A stretch of DNA of 64,000 nucleotides, from the NCBI GenBank assembly GCA_032654565.1, contig JAULAX010000017.1:32001-96000 (forward strand). The letters run 5' to 3'. Positions 1 through 12,280 of this stretch are shown here, in pieces. The stretch is from Anaeromyxobacteraceae bacterium (lineage in GTDB: Bacteria > Myxococcota > Myxococcia > Myxococcales > Anaeromyxobacteraceae). Numbering within the stretch: the first letter of the stretch is position 1; each line of letters starts with the position of its first letter. The position numbers and the translations under genes were made by a program. Under the pieces are notes generated by a model. The model was not told the origin of the DNA, did no database searches, and saw only the letters and a list, made by a program, of their open reading frames with translations.

Positions 1-714
<714 letters not shown>

Positions 715-732
715 GCCCGAACGAAAGACACC

Positions 733-2103
733 ATGAAGAAGACAAAGACGGCAAAGACGGCCTCGTCGCCCGCGGGCGACAGCTACTTCACGCTCAAGGA
801 GCCGCTGCGCTTCGAAGGCACGCGCTACAAGCCCAGCGCCAGGCGCCCGATGGGTTACCGCTGGTACGACCCCGAGCGCAAGGTGCTGGGCAAGCGCATG
901 GAAGACCAGCTGCGCTTCGCCGTGTGCTACTGGCACAGCTTCGTGTGGGAAGGCACCGACCCCTTCGGCGGCGAGACCTTCAAACGCCCCTGGCACGCCG
1001 CCGGCGGCGACGCCATGGCGCAGGCGCAGCTGAAGGCCGACACCGCCTTCGAGCTGTTCCGCCTGCTGCGCGCGCCCTACTTCACCTTCCACGACCGCGA
1101 CATCGCCCCGGAAGGCGCGACGCTGCGCGAATCGAACCTGAACGTGCGCCGCATCGGCGAGGTGTTCGAGAAGAAGATGGCGGCCACCGGCGTCAAGCTG
1201 CTGTGGGGCACGGCCAACCTGTTCTCCAACCGGCGCTACATGGCCGGCGCGGCCACCAACCCCGACCCCGAGGTGTTCGCCTACGCCGCCGCGCAGGTGA
1301 AGAACGTGCTCGAGCTGACGCACGAGCTCAAGGGCACGAACTACGTGCTGTGGGGCGGCCGCGAAGGTTACGAGACGCTGCTCAACACCGACCTCAAGCG
1401 CGAGTTCGCGCAGATGGGCCGCTTCCTCACCATGGTGGTCGAGCACAAGCACAAGATCGGCTTCAAGGGCAGCATCCTCATCGAGCCCAAGCCGGCCGAG
1501 CCGACCAAGCACCAGTACGACTACGACGTCGCCACCGTCTACGGCTTCCTCAAGGCGCATGGCCTGGAGAAGGAAGTCAAGGTCAACGTCGAGCAGAACC
1601 ACGCCCTGCTCGCCGGCCACAGCTTCGAGCACGAGATCGCGCTGGCGCAGGCGCTGGGCATCTTCGGCTCGATCGACATGAACCGCGGCGACGAGTTGCT
1701 CGGCTGGGACACCGACCAGTTCCCCAACAACCTGTCGCAGGTGGCGCTGGCGCTGTACCACATCCACCAGGGCGGCGGCTTCGGCACCGGCGGCCTGAAC
1801 TTCGACGCCAAGTTGCGCCGCCAGTCGATCGCCCCCGACGACCTGATCGCCGCGCACGCCGGCGCCATGGACCTGAGCGCGCGCGCGTTGCTGGTGGCCG
1901 AGAAGATGATCGACGACGGTGCGCTCGCCGCGCAGCTGAACCAGCGCTACGCGGGCTGGGACGGCAAGCTGGGCAAGGGCATCCTCGCGGGCAAGCAGTC
2001 GCTGGACGACCTGGCCCGCCTGGTCGCCGCCACCGACCTCGAACCGCAGCCGCGCTCGGGCCGGCAGGAGCAGCTCGAAGCCCTGGTCAACACCTATCTC
2101 TGA
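733..2103 (+). CDS. xylA: Xylose isomerase (class II)
   Basis: Motifs [36 protein letters not shown]. Confidence 0.97.
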   Translation: MKKTKTAKTASSPAGDSYFTLKEPLRFEGTRYKPSARRPMGYRWYDPERKVLGKRMEDQLRFAVCYWHSFVWEGTDPFGGETFKRPWHAAGGDAMAQAQLKADTAFELFRLLRAPYFTFHDRDIAPEGATLRESNLNVRRIGEVFEKKMAATGVKLLWGTANLFSNRRYMAGAATNPDPEVFAYAAAQVKNVLELTHELKGTNYVLWGGREGYETLLNTDLKREFAQMGRFLTMVVEHKHKIGFKGSILIEPKPAEPTKHQYDYDVATVYGFLKAHGLEKEVKVNVEQNHALLAGHSFEHEIALAQALGIFGSIDMNRGDELLGWDTDQFPNNLSQVALALYHIHQGGGFGTGGLNFDAKLRRQSIAPDDLIAAHAGAMDLSARALLVAEKMIDDGALAAQLNQRYAGWDGKLGKGILAGKQSLDDLARLVAATDLEPQPRSGRQEQLEALVNTYL

Positions 2104-2245
2104 GGCGCACAGGATCGCCACACTCACCCTTTCTCACGCCGGCATGGCTCGCCCTGGTGCGAGCAGCGTCCCGCCGATGCCGGCCCGCAGCGATCTCGCG
2201 ATCGTTCAGCACACCCAGGCGGGCGCCAGCCAACAAGGAGACAAC

Positions 2246-3283
2246 ATGAGACTCAAGGCAATCTTCGCGGCGACCCTGGTCGCCACCGGCACCCTCACCC
2301 TCACGCAGGCCGTGCAGGCCGCCGGCGAAACCGTCGGCGTGTCATGGTCCAACTTCCAGGAGGAGCGCTGGAAGACCGACGAGGCCGCCATCAAGGCGGC
2401 GCTCGACAAGGCGGGCCTGAAGTACATCAGCGCCGACGCGGCCGGCTCGGCCGAGAAGCAGGCGGCGGACGTCGAGAGCCTGATCACCAAGGGCGCCAAG
2501 GCGCTGATCATCCTCGCCTGGGACCAGGACGCGATCCTGCCCTCGGTGCAGAAGGCCAAGCAGCGCGGCATTCCCGTCATCGCCTATGACCGCTTGATCC
2601 AGGACAAGGACGTGACCTACCTGACCTTCAACAACGTCGAGGTCGGCCGCATGCAGGCGCGCGAGGTGTTCAAGGTCCAGCCCAAGGGCAACTACGTCTT
2701 CATCAAGGGTGCGGCGACCGACCCGAACGCCGACTTCCTGCGCGGCGGCCAGCAGGAAGTGCTCGACGCGGCGATCAAGAAGGGCGACATCAAGAACGTC
2801 GGCGAGCAATACACCGACGGCTGGGCGCCGGAGAACGCGCAGAAGAACATGGAGCAGATCCTGACCAAGACCGGCGGCAAGGTCGACGCCGTCGTCGCTT
2901 CCAACGACGGCACCGCCGGCGGCGTGGTCGCGGCGCTGAAGGCGCACAACATGGTCGGCATCCCGGTGTCGGGCCAGGACGGCGACAAGGCCGCGCTGAA
3001 TCGCGTCGCGCGCGGCGAGCAGACGGTGTCGGTCTGGAAGGACTCGCGCACGCTGGGCAAGGTGGCCGGCGAGGTCGCGGCCGCGCTGGTGGCGAAGAAG
3101 AAGCCGGCCAACACGACGATCTTCAAGGACGGCAGCAAGAAGATCCCGCAGCAGGCCATCCTGCTGGCGCCGATGCCGATCACCAAGGCCAACCTGCAGG
3201 CGGTGATCGACGCGAAGTGGATCAGCAAGGACGAGGTCTGCGCCGGGGTCGACAAGGCCAAGGCGCCGGCGGCCTGCAAGTAG
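2246..3283 (+). CDS. xylF: D-xylose ABC transporter substrate-binding protein
   Basis: AAGGAG RBS before ATG 2246; signal peptide; SWSNFQEERW, AYDRLI, SNDGTAGG, SGQD. Confidence 0.93.
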   Translation: MRLKAIFAATLVATGTLTLTQAVQAAGETVGVSWSNFQEERWKTDEAAIKAALDKAGLKYISADAAGSAEKQAADVESLITKGAKALIILAWDQDAILPSVQKAKQRGIPVIAYDRLIQDKDVTYLTFNNVEVGRMQAREVFKVQPKGNYVFIKGAATDPNADFLRGGQQEVLDAAIKKGDIKNVGEQYTDGWAPENAQKNMEQILTKTGGKVDAVVASNDGTAGGVVAALKAHNMVGIPVSGQDGDKAALNRVARGEQTVSVWKDSRTLGKVAGEVAAALVAKKKPANTTIFKDGSKKIPQQAILLAPMPITKANLQAVIDAKWISKDEVCAGVDKAKAPAACK

Positions 3284-3295
3284 GCCACCCAGACC

Positions 3296-3320
3296 GACCC
3301 GCCGGCCGGCCCGGCGGGTC
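3296..3320 (+). terminator. Stem-loop after xylF (mRNA-stabilising or attenuating hairpin)
   Basis: GACCCGCCGG-CCGGC-CCGGCGGGTC, a perfect 10-bp stem with no U-tract. Confidence 0.55.
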
Positions 3321-3367
3321 GCTGCGAGCGGCCGCCGTGCCGCGCCATCCTGTCCTGAGGAGTACAG

Positions 3368-4573
3368 ATGCTTTCGGGTCTGCTTGCGCACCTGCGCCTC
3401 GATCCCCGGCTGTCGTCGATGGTCGCGGCACTGATCGTCATCGCGATCGTGCTGAACGTGATGACGGGCGGGCTGTTCCTCTCGGCGGAGAACCTCTACA
3501 ACCTGTCGATCCAGACCTGCGTCATCGCGGTGATGGCCTGCGGCATGGTCTACGTGATCGTCGCGCGGCAGATCGACCTGTCGGTCGGATCGCTGCTGGC
3601 CTTCAGCGGCATGGCCGCCGCCTGGGTCCAGACCCGTGCGTTTCCGCCGGACTCGACCACCGGCTGGGTGACGAGCATCGTCGTGGCACTGGCGCTGGGT
3701 GCGGCCGTCGGCGCGATGCAGGGTGCGCTGGTCGCCAGGATGCGCATCCCGGCCTTCATCGTCACGCTGGCCGGCTACCTGATGTTCCGCGGCGCCGCCT
3801 TCCTCGTCAGCGACGGGCAGACACTCGCGCCGCTGCATCCGACCTACCAGGCGCTCGGCGGCGGTGTCAACGGCGCGATCGGCGTCACGGCCAGCATCGT
3901 GCTGGGCCTGCTCGCCGCGGCCTGGGTCGTCTGGCACGCCTGGACCGGGCGGCGTGATCAACGCCGCTACGGCATCGAGCCGGCGCCGATCTGGGTCGAC
4001 GCGCTGAAGGCAGCCCTGTTGTGCGCCGCCATCGCCGGCTTCGTCTGGACGATGTGCCTGGCACCCGACTTCACCAACGTCGACGAAGCCGGCATGCCGC
4101 GCGGCCGCGGCATCGGCGTGCCGGTGCTGATCCTGCTCGTCATCGCCGGCTTCATGACCTTCGTCGCGCAGCGCACGCGCTACGGGCGCTACGTGTTCGC
4201 CTACGGCGGCAACCCCGAGGCGGCGCTGCTCTCCGGCCTGCCGACCACCTGGCTGGTCTGGTCGCTGTTCATCCTCACCGGCGTGCTGGCGGCGATCGCC
4301 TCGGTGATCACGACGGCGCGCCTCGGCTCGGGGGCCAATTCGATCGGCCAGCTCGCCGAGCTGTACGTGATCTCCGCCGCCGTCATCGGCGGCACCTCGT
4401 TCGCCGGCGGCACCGGCTCGGTGCCCGGTGCGGTGCTCGGCGCGCTGCTGATCCAGACGCTCGACAACGGCATGGTGCTGCTCGACGTCTCCAGCCCGAT
4501 GCGCCAGATCTTCATCGGCATCGTGCTGATCGTGTCGGTCTGGTTCGACGTCGTCTACCAGAAGAGGGCCTGA
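3368..4573 (+). CDS. xylH: Xylose ABC transporter permease
   Basis: Multi-[32 protein letters not shown]. Confidence 0.9.
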   Translation: MLSGLLAHLRLDPRLSSMVAALIVIAIVLNVMTGGLFLSAENLYNLSIQTCVIAVMACGMVYVIVARQIDLSVGSLLAFSGMAAAWVQTRAFPPDSTTGWVTSIVVALALGAAVGAMQGALVARMRIPAFIVTLAGYLMFRGAAFLVSDGQTLAPLHPTYQALGGGVNGAIGVTASIVLGLLAAAWVVWHAWTGRRDQRRYGIEPAPIWVDALKAALLCAAIAGFVWTMCLAPDFTNVDEAGMPRGRGIGVPVLILLVIAGFMTFVAQRTRYGRYVFAYGGNPEAALLSGLPTTWLVWSLFILTGVLAAIASVITTARLGSGANSIGQLAELYVISAAVIGGTSFAGGTGSVPGAVLGALLIQTLDNGMVLLDVSSPMRQIFIGIVLIVSVWFDVVYQKRA

Positions 4574-4575
4574 CC

Positions 4576-5373
4576 ATGATGCAGATGGAGCAAGCCCCGG
4601 CACCGGCGGCGCCCGCGGATCGCGAGGCCTTCGTGCAGATGCGGCAGATCGTCAAGCGCTTCGGCGGCCTGGTCGCGGTGAACCATGTCGATCTCGACCT
4701 GTACGCCGGCGAGTGTGTCGGCGTGCTCGGCCACAACGGCGCCGGCAAGACGGTGCTGATCAAGGTGCTGTCGGGCGTCTACGTTCCCGACGAAGGCTCG
4801 ATCCAGGTGCATGGCAAGCCGGTGAGCTTCCGCACCCCGCACGACGCGCAGGCCGCCGGCATCGAGACCATCCACCAGACGCTGGCGCTGGCCGACAACC
4901 TCGACGGGCCGGGCAACCTGTTCCTCGGCCGCGAGCTGCTGACGCCCTGGCGCACGCTGGACAGCCGGCGCATGGAGTACGAGGCGCGCAACGTCATCAA
5001 GCGCCTGAACCCGAACTTCAGGAACATCCTCGACCCGGTGCTGCGCATGTCGGGCGGCCAGCGCCAGTCGGTGGCGATCGCGCGCGCGCTGTACTTCAAC
5101 GCGCGCATCCTGATCATGGACGAGCCCTGCGCGGCCCTCGGCCCCGCCGAGACGCGCATGGTGCTCGAGACGATCAAGCGGCTGAAGGCGGAGGGCATCG
5201 GCATCTTCCTGATCAGCCACGAGATGCACGACGTGTTCGAGGTCTGCGACCGCGCGACGGTGATGAAGAACGGCAGCGTCGTCGGCATGGTGCAGATGAA
5301 GGACGTGACGCAGGACGAGGTGCTGCAGATGATCATCCAGGGCAAGCGGCCAGTGCCGGCCCAGGCGGCATGA
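4576..5373 (+). CDS. xylG: Sugar ABC transporter ATP-binding protein (single ATPase domain)
   Basis: Walker A GHNGAGKT, signature MSGGQ, Walker B ILIMDEP. Confidence 0.88.
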   Translation: MMQMEQAPAPAAPADREAFVQMRQIVKRFGGLVAVNHVDLDLYAGECVGVLGHNGAGKTVLIKVLSGVYVPDEGSIQVHGKPVSFRTPHDAQAAGIETIHQTLALADNLDGPGNLFLGRELLTPWRTLDSRRMEYEARNVIKRLNPNFRNILDPVLRMSGGQRQSVAIARALYFNARILIMDEPCAALGPAETRMVLETIKRLKAEGIGIFLISHEMHDVFEVCDRATVMKNGSVVGMVQMKDVTQDEVLQMIIQGKRPVPAQAA

Positions 5374-7016
5374 AGGCACGGGCGGCGCTCGCGACGCTGG
5401 CGCTGGCCGGGACGGGCCTGCTGCTGCCGGCGGCCCTGCGGGCGCAAGTGCCCGCGGTGCCGCGCTTCGTCGACGAGACCGATGCCGCCGGCGTGCAGAG
5501 CCGCTTCGACGGCGACTGGGAATACACCGTCGGTGGCGGCGTCGCCGCGCTGGACTGCGACGGCAGCGGAGCGCCTTCGCTGTTCATTGCCGGCGGCGCG
5601 AACCGGTCGAAGTTCTACCGCAACAAGAGCCAGCGCGGCGGCGCGCTCCGGTTCGTGCAGGAACGTGCCGGCCTCGAGCTGACCAGCACGCTGGGCGCCT
5701 ACCCGATCGATCTGGACGGCGACGGCGTGCTCGACCTCGTCGTGCTGCGTGTCGGCGAGACGCTGCTGATGCGCGGACTCGGCGACTGCCGTTTCGAGCG
5801 CGCCAACGAACGCTGGCAGTTCGCCGGCGGCAATCAGTGGACCACCGCGTTCGCCGCAGCCTGGCTGGGCCGCGACGCGTTTCCCACGCTCGCCTTCGGC
5901 ACCTACGTCGACCGCGCCCGCCAGGACTTCCCCTGGGGCAACTGCACGGACAACGCCTTGTTGCGCCCGGCGCGCGGCGACACGCTGGCCTTCGAGGCGC
6001 CGCTGCCGCTCAAACCCGGCCACTGCGCACTCGGCATGATGTTCTCCGACTGGAATCGCAGCGGACTGCCGGCGCTGCGCATCGCCAACGACCGCGAGTA
6101 CTACAAGGGCGGGCAGGAGCAGCTCTGGCATGTTCCACCCAGCAGCGAGCCCGGCAGCGCGCCGCGCCTGTTCGCTGCCGACGAAGGCTGGAAGCCGCTG
6201 CAGATCTGGGGCATGGGCATCGCCAGCGCCGACCTCGACGGCAGCGGCTACCCGGCCTACTTCCTCACCAGCATGGCCGACAACAAGCTGCAGATGCTGG
6301 TGGCGGGATCCACCAAGCCCGTGTACCGCGATGTCGCCTTCGTCAAGGGCGTCACCGCGCACCGCCCCTTCGCGGGCGGCGACGTGCATCCATCGACGGC
6401 GTGGCATGCGCAGTTCGCCGACGTCAACAACGACGGCTGGCAGGACCTCTTCGTCGTCAAGGGCAACGTCGGCAACATGCCCGACTTCGCGATGCTCGAC
6501 CCGAGCAACCTGCTGCTCGGCGATCCCGACGGCCGCTACCGCGAGGCGGCCGGCGAGTCGGGCCTGCTGAACTACCAGCGCGGCCGCGGCGGCTTGATGG
6601 TCGACCTCAACGGCGACGGTCTGCTCGACGCGTTGATCGTCAACCGCTGGGACCGCGCCAAACTGTGGCGCAACGTCGGCGCCGGCACGGCGGCCGCGCC
6701 GAGGCCCATCGGCCACTGGCTGCAGCTGCGCTTGCGCCAGGACGGCGGCAACCGCGATGCCATCGGCGCCTGGCTGGAGGTGGAGGCCGGCGGCCGCGTG
6801 CAGCGGCGTGAGCAGTTCGTCGGCGGCGGGCATGCCAGCGGCACGGTCGGCTTCCTGCACGTCGGCCTGGGCGCCGCGACGAAGGCACGCGTGCGGGTGC
6901 TCTGGCCGGGTGCGAAGCCGGGCGATGCGGCGCTCACCAGCCCCTGGTTCGACGCTGCCGCCGACGGTTTCTACCTCGTCGATCGGCAGAACGGGCTGCT
7001 GGCATGGCAGCCCTGA
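5370..7016 (+). CDS. CRTAC1-family secreted protein with FG-GAP/VCBS repeats and a C-terminal ASPIC/UnbV domain
   Basis: ATGA overlap with xylG; signal peptide; repeats [36 protein letters not shown]...GGGHASG...LHVGLG. Confidence 0.85.
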   Translation: MKARAALATLALAGTGLLLPAALRAQVPAVPRFVDETDAAGVQSRFDGDWEYTVGGGVAALDCDGSGAPSLFIAGGANRSKFYRNKSQRGGALRFVQERAGLELTSTLGAYPIDLDGDGVLDLVVLRVGETLLMRGLGDCRFERANERWQFAGGNQWTTAFAAAWLGRDAFPTLAFGTYVDRARQDFPWGNCTDNALLRPARGDTLAFEAPLPLKPGHCALGMMFSDWNRSGLPALRIANDREYYKGGQEQLWHVPPSSEPGSAPRLFAADEGWKPLQIWGMGIASADLDGSGYPAYFLTSMADNKLQMLVAGSTKPVYRDVAFVKGVTAHRPFAGGDVHPSTAWHAQFADVNNDGWQDLFVVKGNVGNMPDFAMLDPSNLLLGDPDGRYREAAGESGLLNYQRGRGGLMVDLNGDGLLDALIVNRWDRAKLWRNVGAGTAAAPRPIGHWLQLRLRQDGGNRDAIGAWLEVEAGGRVQRREQFVGGGHASGTVGFLHVGLGAATKARVRVLWPGAKPGDAALTSPWFDAAADGFYLVDRQNGLLAWQP

Positions 7017-8347
7017 GGGCGATGCTGCTGTGGCTCCTCGCCGCGGCCGGCACCGCGCAGGCGCAGATGGTGAACACCGAGGCCTCGCGCTACAGCGCTG
7101 CGGTGGCCACCGAGTGGTTCCGCGTCGTGCTGCCGGCCATCCAGCAGACGCCGGGGCAGTCGCCGCCGGTGGCGGCGCGCACGCTCGCCTACCTCGGTCT
7201 CGGGCTGTACGAATCCATCCTGGCCGGTTTGCCGGCGCAGCGCAGCTTCGCGGGCCAGTTGGTCGAGCTCGAATCGCTGCCCGCCGCGCAACCCGACGAG
7301 GTGCTGCACTGGCCCACCGTGGCCAACGCGACGCTGGCCGCGCTGACGCAGATGCTGCTGCCCAACGCGCCGCCCGACTGGAAGGCGCGCTTCGAGGCGC
7401 TGGAGCGCAACATGCCGGTAGCGCAGTCGGCCGACTTCGACCCGGCTCAGCGCACACCCGAGGTGATCATCCGCTCCGAGACGCACGGCAAGCTGCTCGC
7501 GATGGCGTTGATGACCTGGGCGCGCACCGACGGCGGCCACGACGCCAGCGGAGCGCGCCGCGCGCGGCTGGACGCCGCCTACGTCTCGCCCAGCGGCCCG
7601 GGCGCCTGGGTGCCCACGCCGCCGCGCTTCGCGCGCCCGCTGCTGCCGAACTGGGGCGACAACCGGCCCTTCATGCCGACGGCGCAGCAGCGCTGCGCAC
7701 CGCCCGGCCCGCCGAAATACGACGAGACGCCCGGATCGCCCTTCCACCGCGAGGCCGACGAGGTGCGCCGCGCCGGCGTGCAGCCCACCGAGGAGCAGCG
7801 CCGCATCGCGCTGTACTGGGCCGACGACCCGCTGAAGACGCCCACGCCGGCGGGCCACTGGGCCTGGATCCTCACCGACCTGCTGCGCGACCGCAAGGCG
7901 AACCTGGCCAGCGCGGCCGAGCAGTACGCGCGTTTGAACCTGGCCATGGCCGACGCCTTCGTCGCAACCTGGAAGCTGAAGTACGCGCTCAACCTGATCC
8001 GGCCGGTGACCTATATCCAGCTCGCCTTCGACAGCAACTGGGTGCCGCCGCTGATGGAGACGCCGCCCTTCCCCGAGTACCCGTCGGGCCACTCGGTGCA
8101 GTCGGGCTCCGCCGCGGCGGTGCTCGAGGCCTTCTACGGCCGCGACACCGCCTTCGAGGACCGCGCGCACAACGACCGCGGCTGGGGTCCGCAGCGCTTC
8201 AAGAGCTTTGCCGCGGCCGCCGATCAGGCCGCTGTCTCCCGGCTGTACGCCGGCATCCATTTCCGCAGCGCCATCGAGCACGGCACCACGATGGGCCGCT
8301 GCATCGGCGCGCAGGCGCTGTCGCTCGTCACGCGCGGCACGCCGTGA
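7004..8347 (+). CDS. Vanadium-dependent haloperoxidase / PAP2 superfamily, probably secreted
   Basis: KYALNLIRP, PPFPEYPSGHS, SRLYAGIHF; signal peptide-like N-terminus (alternative start 7022). Confidence 0.85.
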   Translation: MAALRAMLLWLLAAAGTAQAQMVNTEASRYSAAVATEWFRVVLPAIQQTPGQSPPVAARTLAYLGLGLYESILAGLPAQRSFAGQLVELESLPAAQPDEVLHWPTVANATLAALTQMLLPNAPPDWKARFEALERNMPVAQSADFDPAQRTPEVIIRSETHGKLLAMALMTWARTDGGHDASGARRARLDAAYVSPSGPGAWVPTPPRFARPLLPNWGDNRPFMPTAQQRCAPPGPPKYDETPGSPFHREADEVRRAGVQPTEEQRRIALYWADDPLKTPTPAGHWAWILTDLLRDRKANLASAAEQYARLNLAMADAFVATWKLKYALNLIRPVTYIQLAFDSNWVPPLMETPPFPEYPSGHSVQSGSAAAVLEAFYGRDTAFEDRAHNDRGWGPQRFKSFAAAADQAAVSRLYAGIHFRSAIEHGTTMGRCIGAQALSLVTRGTP

Positions 8348-8369
8348 GGCGCGGACCTACACTGAGTTG

Positions 8370-10061
8370 ATGGCCAGCAACCTTGCGCCAGCCGAATCGG
8401 CCGGGCTCACGCGCCACGGCGACGCCACCGTGCGCCACCTGCGCCAGGTGCTGCTGTGGCCGCTGCGGCTGCTGCCGCGCCCGCGTGCCGCGGGCGACCA
8501 GGGCCCGCCCTGGCAGCACCTGCGCGACATGGCCGGTTCTTCGCCCTGGCGCGAGGTGGTCGACGAGTTCACCGGCGACAGCGCCGGTTTCCACGAGCGC
8601 CACTACAACGAGTTCGTGTCTTTCCTGCCGGTGGTGCAGCGCTTCCTGTTCGGCGAGGGACGTGCCGGCCGCGACAGCGAGCGCGACGACAGCGGCGCGC
8701 CGATGCGCGTGTTCCGCCGCAGCGACATCGCCGCCGTGCGCATCACCGCGCGGCCCGGCGACGCGCCGGTGCTGCTGGACATCGTGCACGTCGACCTGTA
8801 TTTCTTCTTCGACGTCGACGTGGTCATGCTCAACGTCGAGGTCAGCGCCAACGACCTGCCGCTGGACGTCGCGCAGGAGGTGCTCTACCGCTTCGGCCGC
8901 GCCTACCCGGCCGGCTGGGACGCGCAGGGCCGCGCGCTGAACTGCCTGGCCGGGCTCGAATGGCTGGGGCCCGACGGCAGCGTGCTGGCGCGCTCCGATT
9001 CGCAGGACCGCGACGCCTTCCTCGCCCATGTGGCCGAACACCGCGCGCCGCGCGTGGCGGCGCACTGGGCCTTCGTGCTCGCGCCGCTGGTGGCCGACCA
9101 TGCCGACCACGGCGCGGCGCTGCGCGTGCGGCAGATCGAGTACTACCGCATGCCGATGATGGCCTACCTGTCGCTGGACGACCCGCGTCGGCTCACGCGC
9201 GGCGACTTCATTCGGCTCGGCCTGGTCACCGCCGCGGCCGCCGCCGATGCCGCGCTGCCCTACGGCGAGCAGCACCTGTCCGACTTCGAGCAGCGCTTCT
9301 GCTACGACCGCTTCTGGTCCGACGGCGGCGCGGCGCCGAACACGCGCTACCTGTGCAGCGGCCATGCGCTGGTCGTCGTCGGCCCGGCGCAGTCGCAGTT
9401 CTACGGCTGCCGCGACCGCGGCGTGCTGGCGCAGTTCCGCCACCAGCATTTCCTGCTGTTCCTCATCGCGCATTTCCAGAAGGCGGCGCTGCTGATGTTC
9501 ACCGACCGGCTGGTCGAGGCGCTGAAGGGCCTGGACGTGCGCCGGCCCGAGAGCGTGAAGCGCTTCAAGCGCGCGATCCGCAGCAGCTTCGAAGGCTTCC
9601 TGCGCTTCACGCACCGCTACTGGTTCCACGACATTTCGGACCAGGTGCAGGTGCGCGCGCTGTTCCAGATGTGCGCCACCCACCTGCGCCTGGATTCGCT
9701 GTACTGCGAGGTCAAGGAACGCATCGAGGACATGAATGCCTACCTCGACGCCGACAGCCTGCGCCGCCAGGCCAACACCGTGGTGCGCCTGACCGTGGTG
9801 ACGATCTTCGGCCTGATCGGCACGGTGACCACCGGCTTCCTCGGCATGAACCTGCTGGCCGAGGCCGATGCGCCGCTGTCGCGCCGGCTGTGGATCTTCG
9901 CCCTGGTGTTCGGGCTGACCGCGGCGCTGACGGTCTACACGATGGTCAAGTCCAAGCGGCTGTCGGACTTCCTCGACGCCTTGTCCGACGAGCACCTGTC
10001 GATCTGGGGCAAGTGCAAGGCCCTGGCTTCGGTCTGGCGGCACGAGCGGCACGAGGCCTGA
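8370..10061 (+). CDS. CorA-like divalent cation transporter family protein with a long N-terminal domain
   Basis: Two C-terminal TM helices with the GFLGMN signature. Confidence 0.65.
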   Translation: MASNLAPAESAGLTRHGDATVRHLRQVLLWPLRLLPRPRAAGDQGPPWQHLRDMAGSSPWREVVDEFTGDSAGFHERHYNEFVSFLPVVQRFLFGEGRAGRDSERDDSGAPMRVFRRSDIAAVRITARPGDAPVLLDIVHVDLYFFFDVDVVMLNVEVSANDLPLDVAQEVLYRFGRAYPAGWDAQGRALNCLAGLEWLGPDGSVLARSDSQDRDAFLAHVAEHRAPRVAAHWAFVLAPLVADHADHGAALRVRQIEYYRMPMMAYLSLDDPRRLTRGDFIRLGLVTAAAAADAALPYGEQHLSDFEQRFCYDRFWSDGGAAPNTRYLCSGHALVVVGPAQSQFYGCRDRGVLAQFRHQHFLLFLIAHFQKAALLMFTDRLVEALKGLDVRRPESVKRFKRAIRSSFEGFLRFTHRYWFHDISDQVQVRALFQMCATHLRLDSLYCEVKERIEDMNAYLDADSLRRQANTVVRLTVVTIFGLIGTVTTGFLGMNLLAEADAPLSRRLWIFALVFGLTAALTVYTMVKSKRLSDFLDALSDEHLSIWGKCKALASVWRHERHEA

Positions 10062-10258
10062 GCCCTTTCGCACGTCCACCCGGGGAGTCTTCCCGCGGCA
10101 GGCAACACGCCGAGTTCCGAGCCGGTGCCGCCTGGTCCTGTCAAGGTAACAGCGGCGCGAAACCCTTCCAGGGCGTGAAAGTGCCGCGTAAAATACAGGC
10201 TGTTACAAGCTGGCCGCAGGGAATGCCACACCAGCACAACGCCTAGGAAGGGGACGAC

Positions 10259-10450
10259 ATGACCGACTCACTGCCTGTTCGCGAGTACCAGGAATCCCGC
10301 ATCGAAGACGAGCCCATCCTCGGGCCCGTGCTGGCGCTGCCCGATGGCCGCATCCAGCCGCTGACGTGGATGGAGCGCATCATGGTCGCGCTGCACCTGA
10401 CCAACGCGAAGCTGCTCGAGGCGCGCTACTACAAGCCGGCGCACTCCTGA
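10259..10450 (+). CDS. Small hypothetical protein (63 aa)
   Basis: GGAAGGGG RBS; host-like codon usage; fills an intergenic gap. Confidence 0.6.
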   Translation: MTDSLPVREYQESRIEDEPILGPVLALPDGRIQPLTWMERIMVALHLTNAKLLEARYYKPAHS

Positions 10451-10489
10451 GCCGGGCGCGGCCCGGCGCCGCGCACTTTCACAGGCCGC

Positions 10490-10996
10490 TCAGTCGACGC
10501 GCACGGTAACGACGACGCGGCGATTCTGGGCGCGCCCTTCGGCTGTCGAGTTGTCGGCGATCGGCTTGTCGAAGCCGAGGCCTCGCCGCTCGATGCCCGA
10601 GGCCTGCATGCCGGACTGGGCCAGTTGCTGGGCAACCGACTCGGCGCGCCGCAGCGACAAGGCCTCGTTGAGCTTGGCCGGCCCGACGTTGTCGGTGTGC
10701 CCTTCGACGATCACGCGTTCGACGCCCACGCTCGAGAGCGTGCGCGCCACCTCGGCCAGCGCGACACGTCCGTCTTCCGACACTTCGTCGACGTTGGACT
10801 CGAACAGCAGCCTCACGCCGAGCTTGAGTTCCCAGGCGTCGGCCGCGGGTGTGAAGCCCAGTTTCTTCAGCGCCACCAGCTTCTGAGCGCGTGCATCGGG
10901 TGACGCCGGCGACGGGCTCTGGCAGCCCAGCAGCGCCACGACGAGACCGGCCATCACCAGGCGGCCTGCCCAAACCTTCGGGTACAACGTTCTCAC
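10490..10996 (-). CDS. yfiB: OmpA-family lipoprotein YfiB
   Basis: Lipobox LLGC; EGHTD, LSLRRA, RAQNRRV; last gene of yfiRNB. Confidence 0.88.
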   Translation of the reverse strand: MRTLYPKVWAGRLVMAGLVVALLGCQSPSPASPDARAQKLVALKKLGFTPAADAWELKLGVRLLFESNVDEVSEDGRVALAEVARTLSSVGVERVIVEGHTDNVGPAKLNEALSLRRAESVAQQLAQSGMQASGIERRGLGFDKPIADNSTAEGRAQNRRVVVTVRVD

Positions 10997-11005
10997 GGAC
11001 TGCTC

Positions 11006-12280
11006 CTAAGCGACCAGCGGCCGCACCTCGTCGTCGATGCGCGCCTCGAACACCTCGACCGACCCGCGCGAGCGGGCCTTCGCGCGGTACATCGCCGCGT
11101 CGGCCGCGGCCAGCCACTGCTCCAGGCTGCCGCCCGCCTCGGGCAGCATCGCCACACCGACGCTCGCGCTTGCCTCGAAGCGGCCGAACGCCGCACTGTC
11201 CATCGGTGCCCGGATGGCCGCGGCGATCCCCGCGGCGATGCGCTGGGCATCCTCTGCGGCGCGAATGGGCGACAGCAGCACGGCAAACTCGTCACCGCCC
11301 AGTCGTGCGACGAAGTCGCCATCGCGCAGCTTCGAGCGGATGCGGCGCGCCACCTGCACGAGCAACTCGTCGCCGGCGGCGTGGCCGAGTGCGTCGTTGA
11401 CTTCCTTGAACCGGTCGCAATCGAGGAACAGCAGCGCGCAGCCCTCGCCCGGCTCGCGCGGCGCCGTCACCAGCCGGCCGGCACGGTCGAGGAAGCTCGC
11501 GCGGTTGGGCAGGCCGGTGAGGTTGTCGTGGAAGGCCAGGTAGGACAGCGACTCGTTGACGGTGCGCAGCGTCTCGTGCTTGGCCACCAGGCTGGCCTCG
11601 CGGCTCTCGATCTCCGCGAGCAGCGCGTTGAAGTCCTCGCCGAGATCGTGGATCTCCTTGACCGTCGCGGCCGGCGCGCGCAGCGACAGTGCGCGTTCGG
11701 TGCGTGCGGTGCGCGTCAGCGCGGCCAGCCGATTCAGCGGCCAGACGATGTCGCGCTCGACGCGCCGCGACAGGCGGGCCACCAGCCAGGCATTGGCCGC
11801 GGTGCACACGGCGATCGCCGCCAGCACCTTGAGCAGGAACATCAGCGAACCGACGCCACGCCCCTGCACGTGCACCTCGCCGTAGGGCCGCCCTTCGTGG
11901 CTGATCTGTGCACGCGCTTCCTGCCCGAACAGCAACCCGGCCACGTTCGCCAGCACGGCATCCAGCAGCTCGCCGTTGCGCGCTGCGTAGGTCGCCAGCG
12001 GCCGCCCGCGGACGTCGACGATGCTCGCCGCACGCAGGCTTTCGCGCTCGCCGACGAGTTGCAGTACCTCCGTCGCCGCGACGGCGTCGCCGAACACGGC
12101 GGCGGCCTCGGCGGTGTAGGAAATCGATCGGGCCACCAGCGTCAGGTTCTGCTCGACCTGGCTGCGCAGCGTGAGGAAGGACACCAGCGTCAGCACCAGT
12201 CCGGCCGCGATCACCGCGGCCATGCCCAGGCGCAGGTGCGCGGCACGCAGGGTGTCGAGCAGCGGCTGGCGGGCGCTCAT
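11006..12280 (-). CDS. yfiN: Diguanylate cyclase YfiN/TpbB (TM, periplasmic sensor, HAMP, GGDEF)
   Basis: HDNLTGLPNR; RDGD I-site followed by RLGGDEF; ATGA overlap with yfiR. Confidence 0.88.
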   Translation of the reverse strand: MSARQPLLDTLRAAHLRLGMAAVIAAGLVLTLVSFLTLRSQVEQNLTLVARSISYTAEAAAVFGDAVAATEVLQLVGERESLRAASIVDVRGRPLATYAARNGELLDAVLANVAGLLFGQEARAQISHEGRPYGEVHVQGRGVGSLMFLLKVLAAIAVCTAANAWLVARLSRRVERDIVWPLNRLAALTRTARTERALSLRAPAATVKEIHDLGEDFNALLAEIESREASLVAKHETLRTVNESLSYLAFHDNLTGLPNRASFLDRAGRLVTAPREPGEGCALLFLDCDRFKEVNDALGHAAGDELLVQVARRIRSKLRDGDFVARLGGDEFAVLLSPIRAAEDAQRIAAGIAAAIRAPMDSAAFGRFEASASVGVAMLPEAGGSLEQWLAAADAAMYRAKARSRGSVEVFEARIDDEVRPLVA

